Position numbers and translations under genes: made by a program | Shown here: piece by piece, positions 52,404-62,283 of the stretch | Layout of the letters: each line of letters begins with the position of its first letter | Numbering within the stretch: the first letter of the stretch is position 1 | Source: a virus | Reading direction: 5' to 3' (one strand) | IMG/VR virus record: IMGVR_UViG_3300021142_000004 | DNA: 64,000 bases | Notes under the pieces: model-generated | Seen by the model: only the letters and a program-made list of their open reading frames with translations | The model's database searches: none | What the model was told of the DNA's origin: nothing

Positions 52404-52532
52404 ATGGCAGCAAAAGCAAAAGGTGGTGTATCCTCAAACAAAGTTACATTTGGTAAAAGAAAAGGTGGTAAAGCAAAAAAATCTTTTAACAAACATGAAA
52501 ACAAAAAAGTTTATAGAGGTCAAGGTAGGTAA
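52404..52532 (+). CDS. small basic phage protein ending YRGQGR (not in ORF track)
   Basis: MAAKAKGG...KKVYRGQGR*, TATTTAT upstream, terminator downstream. Confidence 0.85.
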   Translation: MAAKAKGGVSSNKVTFGKRKGGKAKKSFNKHENKKVYRGQGR

Positions 52533-52534
52533 TT

Positions 52535-52563
52535 AAAAAAGGGAGAATTTATTTCTCCCTTTT
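52535..52563. terminator. bidirectional intrinsic terminator
   Basis: AAAAGGGAGAA-TTTAT-TTCTCCCTTTT between convergent genes. Confidence 0.85.
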
Positions 52564-52568
52564 AAATA

Positions 52569-53372
52569 TTAATAATTCATCCATAACGTTTCAACCTTTG
52601 TCTTTTTATTGAAGTTACCATCAATTGTTTTAACCTCAAAGTTTAGTTTTTTAAACCCATTATCTGTTAGTCGGTCATACAAATCACATTCATAACCACT
52701 AATAATGATTTTAGATTTACTTTCAATTACTGCATCCAAGAACTCAATATGACCATTTCTATCCATATCGACTTTATATCTAGCAGATGTTCTAGTGGAT
52801 TGTTCATATGGTGGATCCAAATATAATAAATTATTTGGACCATCATATTTTTTTATTAACTTTACACCATCGGTATTTGATACAATTACTCTTGATAATC
52901 TATCATGTAATTCAGGTAATCTATCAATACATGATAAAAAATCGGATACCGCTTTACTCATACCTCTACGAATACTAGAATTCATTGAGAATCCACCAAT
53001 ACCATTATGTGAGGTTCTATTAACATAGAAGAAATAGAATGCCCTGGTGATTATATCCAAGTCATCAAATTTCAATTTCTCTTTGAAATCCTTTCTTAGA
53101 TCCTCAGAATAGATTGTTAAATCACATTTTTGTTTGAATGATTCAAACATATCTTTGTCAGATATTACTTTATATAATGAATAAACATTTTGTTCCAAAT
53201 CATTATATACTTCAATTTTGGATGGTTCTTTTTTAAGACCTATACTAAAAGAACCTCCATACGCCTCAACGTATGTGTCGTATTCACTATTTAATGGAAA
53301 ATGTTGAATTATGTTATTTGCCATGTTAAATTTACCTCCATAATATCTAATTGGTGGGTTTATACTTTTCAT
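52569..53372 (-). CDS. Dam-like (D12 class) DNA adenine methyltransferase
   Basis: YYGGK, YVE..GG, EVYND, YLDPPY. Confidence 0.93.
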   Translation of the reverse strand: MKSINPPIRYYGGKFNMANNIIQHFPLNSEYDTYVEAYGGSFSIGLKKEPSKIEVYNDLEQNVYSLYKVISDKDMFESFKQKCDLTIYSEDLRKDFKEKLKFDDLDIITRAFYFFYVNRTSHNGIGGFSMNSSIRRGMSKAVSDFLSCIDRLPELHDRLSRVIVSNTDGVKLIKKYDGPNNLLYLDPPYEQSTRTSARYKVDMDRNGHIEFLDAVIESKSKIIISGYECDLYDRLTDNGFKKLNFEVKTIDGNFNKKTKVETLWMNY

Positions 53373-53383
53373 TTTATTTAATT

Positions 53384-53947
53384 TTATATAATGTGTGAAT
53401 AAAAACAGTTGCTATCAATATCATTTGATTCCTTAATAATAGTATTAATCATGAAATTATTTGGTAGGGTATTACATGTTAAAATCATTTTAACATAATT
53501 TTGATTTAAATGATAAGGTATTGAGTTAGTGATTCGATCTATGTTATTATCATGATATGAATCAATATTATCAATAATAATGACATTAAAACTTTTACCA
53601 TGAATCGTACTTAAAAAAGTATTTTCTGTACAAAAACGTACTTTACAACCGTTAAAATACGTAATGTTATAATATATTCCTTGTAAAATATTACCATTAT
53701 TAATCATATTTAAAATTGTTTTATATTGTTCAATATTTGGTAATACAAATAAAATATTTAAATTTATATTATTCTGAATAAGATGTTTCACATAATAAGA
53801 TAAAAGATATGTGATACCAACTTGTCTTTCTTGTTGTATTACGATATTATTATATGAATCATCATTTAAAACATTAAACAATTTTAATTGATGTGGGTAA
53901 AGTTCACTAGAGAACTCATTTTTTCTATATAATTTAAAAATTCTCAT
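53384..53947 (-). CDS. degenerate terminase-ATPase-like protein with N-terminal RIFKLYRK tag
   Basis: LYPHQ, RQVGIT (Walker A Lys absent), G.S...IIIDN. Confidence 0.65.
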   Translation of the reverse strand: MRIFKLYRKNEFSSELYPHQLKLFNVLNDDSYNNIVIQQERQVGITYLLSYYVKHLIQNNINLNILFVLPNIEQYKTILNMINNGNILQGIYYNITYFNGCKVRFCTENTFLSTIHGKSFNVIIIDNIDSYHDNNIDRITNSIPYHLNQNYVKMILTCNTLPNNFMINTIIKESNDIDSNCFYSHII

Positions 53948-54339
53948 TTAAATTCCTTATATTTGCGGATTATCAGTTCTTTGAATTAAAAACTCATCTA
54001 TTTCTCGTTCAGTAAGTCCCACACCTGGTAGTGAACTTAGTGATGTTATTCTTTTACCAAAAGTCTCAACAAAATCATCACTAAGATATGCTGGTATTAC
54101 TTTTGTCTTTAATCTAAGATTTAAAGAACCAAAAGTTCCACCGTCCTCTTCTCTTTCCATAAAGAATGCAGCAAACCCCGGTAGATCATGTGGTAAAAAT
54201 TCTTCAGACAATTGTTTATGAACATCATCTAAAAGTCCTTTACCATGTTCAATACGTGTCCTGTAATACTTATTTCTATCAATGGTAGTAGATGCTAGTG
54301 TATTGTCATTATCGTCTAAAATACTTAATCTAATTTTCA

Positions 54340-54750
54340 TTACTTTTTAATTAAAAGTCTATCATAAAATAAACTGAACATAAAATTTCTTGTAATACCT
54401 AATATCAAAAGATATGATAAAAGTAATATTATTCCATAATGAAATGTTATGAATCCTGCTAGTACAATTGCAACACCATTAAAAATTTCTCTCATCATTT
54501 TCAAGAAATGCCATGCGTCTGTTAATTGTACTGGTTTAGTAACAAATATAGTAAAAATTTTCCATTTTACCAAACCGTTCTTAGGATTTCCATCAACATA
54601 TTTATTCTTCCAACTAAATAATGGATTCCAAAATAATTGATTTTTATCTCTAAAAATACTGATATTATAGTGGTGGGATAATGTGTCCATAATTGCATCA
54701 CATATACCACTTAGACAATATATGATGATTGGGATGATCGTGTAATACAT
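54340..54750 (-). CDS. conserved phage membrane protein
   Basis: A.MD...H, WNP..SW.NKY, TDAWH..K. Confidence 0.8.
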   Translation of the reverse strand: MYYTIIPIIIYCLSGICDAIMDTLSHHYNISIFRDKNQLFWNPLFSWKNKYVDGNPKNGLVKWKIFTIFVTKPVQLTDAWHFLKMMREIFNGVAIVLAGFITFHYGIILLLSYLLILGITRNFMFSLFYDRLLIKK

Positions 54751-54751
54751 A

Positions 54752-54979
54752 TTAACGTTTTTTTCTTTTTAATTTAAATGATTCTCTATATGAAATTGGT
54801 AATGTAATACATATATCAACATCAATATGTTCTATTGAACCAACATAATCAAGATAAAATAATTGTCCTGATGGCATTGGTAATGATGCAATTTGAAGAG
54901 ATAAAATATCTATTAATTCTTGTTGATGATAAATAAATAGTATATCATCTTTTCTATATAATTTAAATGGTGTCCTCAT
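54752..54979 (-). CDS. small protein with capsid-like fragment and FKLxRK tags at both ends
   Basis: PMPSGQLFYLDY core; MRTPFKLYRK and RESFKLKRK. Confidence 0.7.
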   Translation of the reverse strand: MRTPFKLYRKDDILFIYHQQELIDILSLQIASLPMPSGQLFYLDYVGSIEHIDVDICITLPISYRESFKLKRKKR

Positions 54980-55319
54980 TTGTTTTTTTTAAAATCTCTT
55001 CAACTTTAGATTCGATAACATCTTCTTGTGATTCAATATGTTTAACAAGAACATCAATATCTTTAGTTAATTTTAATATATGTTCCATCATTTTATCAGA
55101 TTTATCTGACGATTTTCTTGCGGTATACCCTAATACTGGTAATGCAATCCCCTGAAAAACAACTGAACAAAGATATTGTGCCCATGTCACAAGTGTTGTC
55201 GGAGCACCAGGATAAAATAATGGTATTATTACCAGTGCTGTGACAATATAAAATGTTGTCATCATTGATAATATCAAAGATAACTTATCTGCAATGTAAT
55301 CATTAAACTTTTTTAACAT
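54963..55319 (-). CDS. DUF1003-like membrane protein
   Basis: KFN..IA, two TM segments, Q.IALP, coiled tail. Confidence 0.55.
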   Translation of the reverse strand: MLKKFNDYIADKLSLILSMMTTFYIVTALVIIPLFYPGAPTTLVTWAQYLCSVVFQGIALPVLGYTARKSSDKSDKMMEHILKLTKDIDVLVKHIESQEDVIESKVEEILKKTNEDTI

Positions 55320-55811
55320 AATAACTAAATATTTATTAATAATAAATACTAGTTATTTTTTTCCTCTAAACACTTTGGACATGGTACATTTACTGGATGT
55401 AAAATTCCATGTTTATCACATAATTTTGTTTCTTCCATAATTTAACATTCGGGGTTATATGAAACATCGGTTGTTAATTTAAATACCATATCAAGTAAGT
55501 CAAACATTGTACTTGTCATTGTGTCTCCATTTCTATCAACCGGTTTTGCCAATTCTTCAATTGCAACCGCAGTGTCTCTACATTTCTTTTTATATGCATA
55601 ATTATACACAACTGAAACACCTTTTATTGGTAACCATGATCGTTGTTTTATATTATACATTCCACTATAATCACCTTCGAGTTCTAATTGATCTTTACGA
55701 ATACCAACTATTTCTAGTGGTTCTCTATGTTCATAGACATCTCTATGATAAACTATTTGTCCGATATGAAAATCCATAATTTAATTATTTATATGTGTAA
55801 TTCAAAAAAAA

Positions 55812-56642
55812 TCATATACCTAGTTCTAATTCACTAATTAATGGTGTTGGTTTATCAAAATTTATGAATTCAAAATCGTTAATTGTGTAATCATAAAAAT
55901 TCTTTTTTTCTTTTAAATGGAACATTGGGTAATCATTTAATGGTGTTTTATTTAATAATTCATTAACTGCATTGATATGTCTGTCATATATGTGTAAATT
56001 TTGTACTAAGTGACAAAATTTACCTAAATTATAATCACAATGACCAGCAACTATCATTTGTAACGCTAAATATTGACCCTTATTAATTGCATTTGCAACT
56101 ATATAATCTGAACTACGTTGAACAAGTGTTAAATCTAAATATAATTTATCATCAACATTTCTTACTGACCATAATGTTTCGTATGCACAAGGGTCTAATC
56201 CTTTAGTTTCGTTCAAATCAGATTGTTGGTATAATGTAATAATATGTCTTCTTGAAAATGGGTTATTAATTAAACCATCCAATAAATTATCAATTAATTT
56301 CCATTTACTAACCGTTGCACCATATCTTTGTCCTATTGTGCCGTCACCAATATCCCATTCATCCCACCATTTTATACCCATACCATGAGCGTCATCTAAT
56401 GAAGATGATTGTTTTTGATAAATCCAAAGAACTTCTTTTATTCCTGTTTTAATTGCGGTATTTCTTAAAGTAGGTATTGGAAACTCTTCATTTGATATAT
56501 CATATTCTTCAAATACACCTGTTATAAATTTGGAATGAGCTGGCGTACCATCATTATATTTAGGTCTTGGGTCAATATCCCAACAACCATTATCTAATAT
56601 TTTTTTTAAATTAGTTTTATAATTAAAATCAGCTTTGTTCAT
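55812..56642 (-). CDS. thyA: thymidylate synthase
   Basis: RP.Y.DGTPAH, E.LWI, SRR, PC, QRSSD, N..QY, HIYDRH. Confidence 0.95.
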   Translation of the reverse strand: MNKADFNYKTNLKKILDNGCWDIDPRPKYNDGTPAHSKFITGVFEEYDISNEEFPIPTLRNTAIKTGIKEVLWIYQKQSSSLDDAHGMGIKWWDEWDIGDGTIGQRYGATVSKWKLIDNLLDGLINNPFSRRHIITLYQQSDLNETKGLDPCAYETLWSVRNVDDKLYLDLTLVQRSSDYIVANAINKGQYLALQMIVAGHCDYNLGKFCHLVQNLHIYDRHINAVNELLNKTPLNDYPMFHLKEKKNFYDYTINDFEFINFDKPTPLISELELGI

Positions 56643-56735
56643 GAAAAAAATCAATTAGGTCTAAATGTGTAATTAATGAATTATCTTCTAATAATGATCT
56701 ATAAAAAGATTCTGTTTTCATTGGGATTAATTTTT

Positions 56736-56822
56736 TTAACTTTTTCTGTTTTTCTTCTTTACTCCATTATCAAGTATATCTTGAAGGAGATCTGTATACT
56801 GCTTATCTAATGAATTATTCAT
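56736..56822 (-). pseudogene. 5' stub of a second, different thymidylate synthase
   Basis: MNNSLDKQYTDLLQDILDNGVKKKNR|KS*. Confidence 0.7.
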
Positions 56823-58063
56823 TTTTTAAAATATTAATTTTGTTCCAATCCAATACCTAATAAAAAAACCTGTTGGGTCGACTAAGTATGTGTGTTTATT
56901 ACCTTTTTCATCTTTAAAGGTCAATGTTCTATTCCCCATAACTTTGCAAATTTATTATTTGTTTTAATTTTAGACTTAAATTCTTCTTCTGTTAAAAGTT
57001 CATTTAAGTCTAAAATAAGATCTTTTTTAAAACGTTTAGGTATGTCAGCATTATTTACATCATTATTATGTGATATATAATTTTTTTGACATACTTTTAA
57101 ATAAGTTGAATACATATTATATATTTGTTTTATTTATTAACCTGATTATATTTTTCAAAAACACTTTCTTTCGTTAATAGTTCCACTAACGTTGAATGTT
57201 CTTTTGATTTATAATATATGGATTTTTCACGATTTCCATTAAAGAAATCATTTTCCGTATTACGATCAATTGCGTACCATAGATCTTGATATTCATTATA
57301 CCAAAATACATAATTGTATAAATTTCCCATTTTATTTTTTATTAAATTCTTATTATATTTAGAAATAACCTAAAAAACAAAGATAACTTTACTCCATATA
57401 TATTTAAAGTTAAATTACCATTATTTATTTTATATCCAATTACATTAATAGTATTGTTTTTATTTTCATCAAACCACTCATCTATTATTTTTTTTTCTTT
57501 TGGATTTATAACATAACATAAATTTCTTAATGTTTTTTTAAATGAATTTTTTTTTATTATAAGGTACACCATACTATTTTCACCATTTTTATACCATCCA
57601 CTATTATAAAATTTATTCGTATACGAAAATGTTATTTTTTCTTTTATTAAATTAATAAATTCATTCTTATAGTTATTTGAATTTTTTATTAAAAAATATT
57701 CACTATGTTGTTTATTATTTAAACAATATGATATTATTATTGGTAATTCATCTATCTGAGATGAGTATTCAATATATATTTCTGTTAATTGGTTTGAATA
57801 TCCTAATATAATACTATGTATTTTATCTCCATATTTTTTTTTAGATTCATTAATAAATAAAGTAACATCCTGATGATCAAAAAAAAAATTCATTTATAAA
57901 ATGAGTTAAATTATTTTCAGATATACTATTTTTTTTAATTATTATACCCACTCGATCTATATTAATAGAATTATTAGTTATTTTTAAACTATGTTCAAGA
58001 ATATATTTAGGTTTAATATTTAATTTTTGACATGTATCTTCAAATTTACGGATAAAATCAAAT

Positions 58064-58900
58064 TTATTCATCTAATCTTTTTATTACGTCTTTTATGTTA
58101 AGGTACGATGTCATTATTGCTGGTAATCCTAATAATGAATTACAGAAATCAAACATATACCGATATGTTGAAAACACACTACCGATTGTTACTCTATTAT
58201 ACATTACATAATATGTTAATATTGATGTAACGCTACCATAAACAATAAACTGAATAATCAAATAGAAATTTGTATTTATATTTGCTCTTCTTATTGATAT
58301 CTTTTGAGTTTTTCTTAATAAATTATTTATTAAACCAATTTTTCTTTGACTAATAATATCAGTTTGTTCTTCTGAAATATCATTTGTTTGTCTAGTTAAA
58401 TCTGCCAACTTTGGTGAGTAATAATAACTGGTTCCAATTATTGCAACACCTGATATTAATAAAAAACCAACTACTTTCCAACTAACCAATGATAAGAAAT
58501 ATAATGATCCTATAACACCAAAAGTGGTTTGTAAGACATTTATCATATCAAATTCAAAGAAATTAACAATATAACTCATCATTGTCAATCTTCCATTTAT
58601 TTTGGTTGTTTCAACCCCATTATCAATTTGTTTATTGATTTCATTGGAGGAAAACTTCCTGTATATACCAGAGAATATCTTTACATCATATATTCGACTA
58701 ATATAACCAAAAAACATCATTAAACCAAATGTTAATACCAAATACCATATGTATGAATATTGTCTTAATATCATATGGTCAATTGCATTACCCAATACCT
58801 TTGGATATATTAACATCAATATTGAATTGATAGAAAATAGTGAATATGAAAATATTATTGATTTCCAATTATCCTTAAATATTATTTTTAATTTATCCAT
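58064..58900 (-). CDS. stand-alone ABC-transporter six-TM domain protein
   Basis: P..LG.AID, six TM segments, TIG...S..Y; no NBD nearby. Confidence 0.75.
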   Translation of the reverse strand: MDKLKIIFKDNWKSIIFSYSLFSINSILMLIYPKVLGNAIDHMILRQYSYIWYLVLTFGLMMFFGYISRIYDVKIFSGIYRKFSSNEINKQIDNGVETTKINGRLTMMSYIVNFFEFDMINVLQTTFGVIGSLYFLSLVSWKVVGFLLISGVAIIGTSYYYSPKLADLTRQTNDISEEQTDIISQRKIGLINNLLRKTQKISIRRANINTNFYLIIQFIVYGSVTSILTYYVMYNRVTIGSVFSTYRYMFDFCNSLLGLPAIMTSYLNIKDVIKRLDE

Positions 58901-59399
58901 AATCTATTTTTAACCATTACATGAATCAACAAGTGGTAAATCTTCCCATGTTAAATGCATTATTACACTATTTTTACACCACCCTTTACCAAAATCAACA
59001 ACATGACTGGTACTAAAAAATTGTCCAGTTATGTGGTTCTTTACTGAGAAAAATAATTCCCTATCCTCAAAACCTTCTGATTTTGCCAATTCATATAATT
59101 CTTTTATGGTTAATCCACCATTTATTACAAAATCATCCATTTCATTTTTTTCCCTCATATATTATTTTTTTTAATTATTTCACCAACTATCAAAATCTGT
59201 TAAATCAATATCCATTTCTGGTACATCCACTCTACCTGCTGTTACCATTATCCCAATACCTGTTGGAATAAATTTAATCCAGTATCCACCACCGGCAACA
59301 CCAAAATGACCTTCTGGTAACTTTGGTAGAGTTTTTTTCCATTCCTCATATTTCTTTATCTCAACCTCATTTAATTCAAATGAATATTTATTTTTCATT

Positions 59400-59792
59400 T
59401 TAAAAATTATAATTAAAAATTTTACATTCAGGGTTTAGATTTCTGAAATCGGGAAATGTTGTGTCACCAATTGTATTATCATTTATGTGTGATATATGTA
59501 ATTCTGTAAATAAATGACAAAATTTCTCATATGTTTTTTTTCCACCTATACACCAGTCTACTTTTTCTAATACATTTAATTCAGGATTAAACATATAGTC
59601 TCCACGAATGTCCATTAATACAGATCGACCCTCTAGATGTGGAAGGGTACTATAGGTGTTATATCCAACCAGTAATGTACAACCCATTGTTTTTTCTTTG
59701 AAGTGTTTAAAATCTTTTTTATTTGGTGACCAAGGTAAAGATTTATTTAACCCAATGTACCCAAGATTGTTAACTGCAATTATTCCTTTCAT
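59400..59792 (-). CDS. folA: dihydrofolate reductase
   Basis: IG....LPW, D..HFK..T, G..TY, IGG, GDT.FP. Confidence 0.92.
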   Translation of the reverse strand: MKGIIAVNNLGYIGLNKSLPWSPNKKDFKHFKEKTMGCTLLVGYNTYSTLPHLEGRSVLMDIRGDYMFNPELNVLEKVDWCIGGKKTYEKFCHLFTELHISHINDNTIGDTTFPDFRNLNPECKIFNYNF

Positions 59793-60643
59793 TTTTTTTC
59801 TGTTGCTAATTTTACTAAATAATTTTGAAAATCAATATATGGTTTTGTGGGATAAGGTAATACTATGTTATACCTCTTACCTTTTCCTAATAAATCAACT
59901 TCCATTACCACATGAACATCATATTCAACCCCTTTAACTTTAAATTGTTCTGGTTCACATACCTTAACAACTTCTAAAATCTTTTGGTTAGGTCTATCCT
60001 TCCTTATTAGTTCCAACATTTCCTGATTCGTCATCAATATTAAAATTTTGTTCATCTATATCATTTAAAATATAGATTTCTTTTGTTTCTTTATCTGCAA
60101 ATAACGTTGTCACTGGGTTACCTACTCTGTAATACTTATCTCCTTCTATTTGTCCGAATTCACCATTCACAACAATATACCCCAAATATTCTTCGGGAAC
60201 TTTATTAATCCATTCTTTTAATTCTGATAATAACATATTTTTATTTTTTTCCTTTTAAATAATCCAATATTATATTAAACGATCCCAACGCAATAACTGT
60301 TCCACCAAAAAAAGGTTCTAATGGGTTATTGGTTTTTAACCCATACTTACTGATTAGAATCCCCGTCAGTATCATTATTACGTAAATTACCGTCTTTATT
60401 TTCATTTTCTTTAAGTTTTAATAGACAATTATATAAACAATATGATTCTTGAATAGAATATAAACCTTTTTTTTGTCCATATTCTATTGCCAATTCTAAA
60501 ATCTTTATTGATGATTGTTTATCCATATTAATTGTGAATAAAACCAAATCATCTTCTGATTCAAATTCAAATAAACCATCAAACATTGTTTTCATGAAAT
60601 CAAATATAGTAAAAATTATTGAGATTTCCAAATATTTATTGAT

Positions 60644-61000
60644 ATGAGTATAAGAATAAACAATATTACATTTCCTGCTGAATATCTTTCTGAACCTGAA
60701 GACCTACAAAGAGGAATGATGGGTAGAGATAACCTTGATGGTTGTATGGTATTTAAAATGGGAAAGGGATTCCACAGTTTTCATATGTTGAACTGTAAAA
60801 TTAAATTGGATATTGTATTTGTTAATAATAGTAGAATCAGTCGTATTCATTCAAACTGCCAACCATGTGATGGTGAATGTTCTCAGAAATTTACTGGTAT
60901 TGGTGACCATGTTATCGAGTTCCCTGCTGGTACTGCTAGTAAATTTAAAAATGGAGATCGTGTTATGTATTTAGGATCTCCACTTAATCCTATAGCGTAA
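60644..61000 (+). CDS. DUF192 family protein
   Basis: GMM.R, M.F, F.M.N....LDI.F, VIE..AG. Confidence 0.85.
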   Translation: MSIRINNITFPAEYLSEPEDLQRGMMGRDNLDGCMVFKMGKGFHSFHMLNCKIKLDIVFVNNSRISRIHSNCQPCDGECSQKFTGIGDHVIEFPAGTASKFKNGDRVMYLGSPLNPIA

Positions 61001-61724
61001 TTTCATCCCCACTTAAATCAATAAATTCCTCAGATGTGGTATCAATCATTGGTGCTTCAAGTGTATGTGAAATTGGTATTGTAATTTTATATTGTACCTT
61101 TGGTTTTGTTTTTTGGAAAACCCAGAAATAAGAATGATATTTTCTTGCATGTTCTTGTTTTGTCCATTTTGAACCAAAACTATTTATTCTCATCTTTGCA
61201 AGTAGGATGAATAAATCTTTTGGATAGAATCCCAATTCCATTGCCATATTCATAACCATAACATGACTAAAATGGTTTTTTCCACCGGATACAGTATCTT
61301 GACATTTGAATACAATATATCCATCGTCTTCACATACCCTATAAAGTTCTTTTAAGGTGTTGTAGTAGTTGTTTTTAAGATGGTTAAAGGTTTCATACCC
61401 TTCAAATCTTTTTGCAATGATTGAACTACCTTCTTTATTATCTCTGTATGTTTTCCCAACAACAACGAATGGTGGATCGTACATGATACTTTTCATTGAA
61501 TTATCATCGAAGGGTAAACTCTCTGAGCTTGCTCTCACTACTGATTCATTTACCGGATAAATATCCGATTTGAATTTTGGTTGGGGTAGGTCTTTCCAGA
61601 ATGCACCCTTTGAATACGTACAATCCAAATCAAATTGTTCAATACCATATAACTTCATGATATTTGTTATCGCTTCGAAGTTGGTATTGTAAACACTTTT
61701 AACCGGTTTAAAATCTTTTTCCAT
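60990..61724 (-). CDS. amino-methyltransferase (DPPF)
   Basis: D.TY..G.FW, YDPPF, E..RV....G...FKCQD. Confidence 0.85.
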   Translation of the reverse strand: MEKDFKPVKSVYNTNFEAITNIMKLYGIEQFDLDCTYSKGAFWKDLPQPKFKSDIYPVNESVVRASSESLPFDDNSMKSIMYDPPFVVVGKTYRDNKEGSSIIAKRFEGYETFNHLKNNYYNTLKELYRVCEDDGYIVFKCQDTVSGGKNHFSHVMVMNMAMELGFYPKDLFILLAKMRINSFGSKWTKQEHARKYHSYFWVFQKTKPKVQYKITIPISHTLEAPMIDTTSEEFIDLSGDEITL

Positions 61725-61817
61725 TTTTGTTTACTTTTTATTTTATTTTAATTATGTTTGTCAAATATAAGAAATATAATTGGGTTTACCAAATATTTAT
61801 TAAAAAATTATAATATC

Positions 61818-61979
61818 ATGGCGTGTAATTGCAAGAAAAGAAATCAACCGAAACCACAACCGGTTCCAGTACAAATTAAATTAACTGAAACAAAGCCAGA
61901 TGCTGGTGTGGTATTAACACCTGATCAACAAATACAGGTGGAAGTGATTGTTGATAGAATCAATCAATTAAGAAGGTAA
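61818..61979 (+). CDS. small late protein
   Basis: MACNCKK; TATTTAT upstream. Confidence 0.65.
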   Translation: MACNCKKRNQPKPQPVPVQIKLTETKPDAGVVLTPDQQIQVEVIVDRINQLRR

Positions 61980-61981
61980 TT

Positions 61982-62016
61982 AAAAAAAATATCAAGTTTA
62001 AGACTTGATATTTTTT
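61982..62016 (+). terminator. intrinsic terminator
   Basis: AAATATCAAGT-TTAAG-ACTTGATATTT inverted repeat. Confidence 0.75.
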
Positions 62017-62042
62017 TAAACATTAATTATATATATTTATAT

Positions 62043-62240
62043 ATGAAAATAGAAAAAAAGTTAACAAGCGTGAATGTCTTGGATGATGTTTATAAAAAAT
62101 TTAAAATTGCGTCAATACAGAATTCTATTAATTTTCAGAAGGTTGTAAATAGATGTTTAGATTTATATAATAAGGATGATGAATTTAGAAAAAAGGTAAA
62201 TGACCATAATTCTTTATCTAATCAGAGTTCAAAATATTAG
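62043..62240 (+). CDS. small ribbon-helix-helix-like protein
   Basis: LTSV.V...Y..FK......FQK.VNR...LY. Confidence 0.55.
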   Translation: MKIEKKLTSVNVLDDVYKKFKIASIQNSINFQKVVNRCLDLYNKDDEFRKKVNDHNSLSNQSSKY

Positions 62241-62283
62241 TGAAATATTTTGAATTATAAGAAATAATAATTATATTTGATTT

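Noticed and set aside
53384-53947. Functional terminase large subunit
   Set aside because: Too short, Walker A lysine absent, no nuclease domain.
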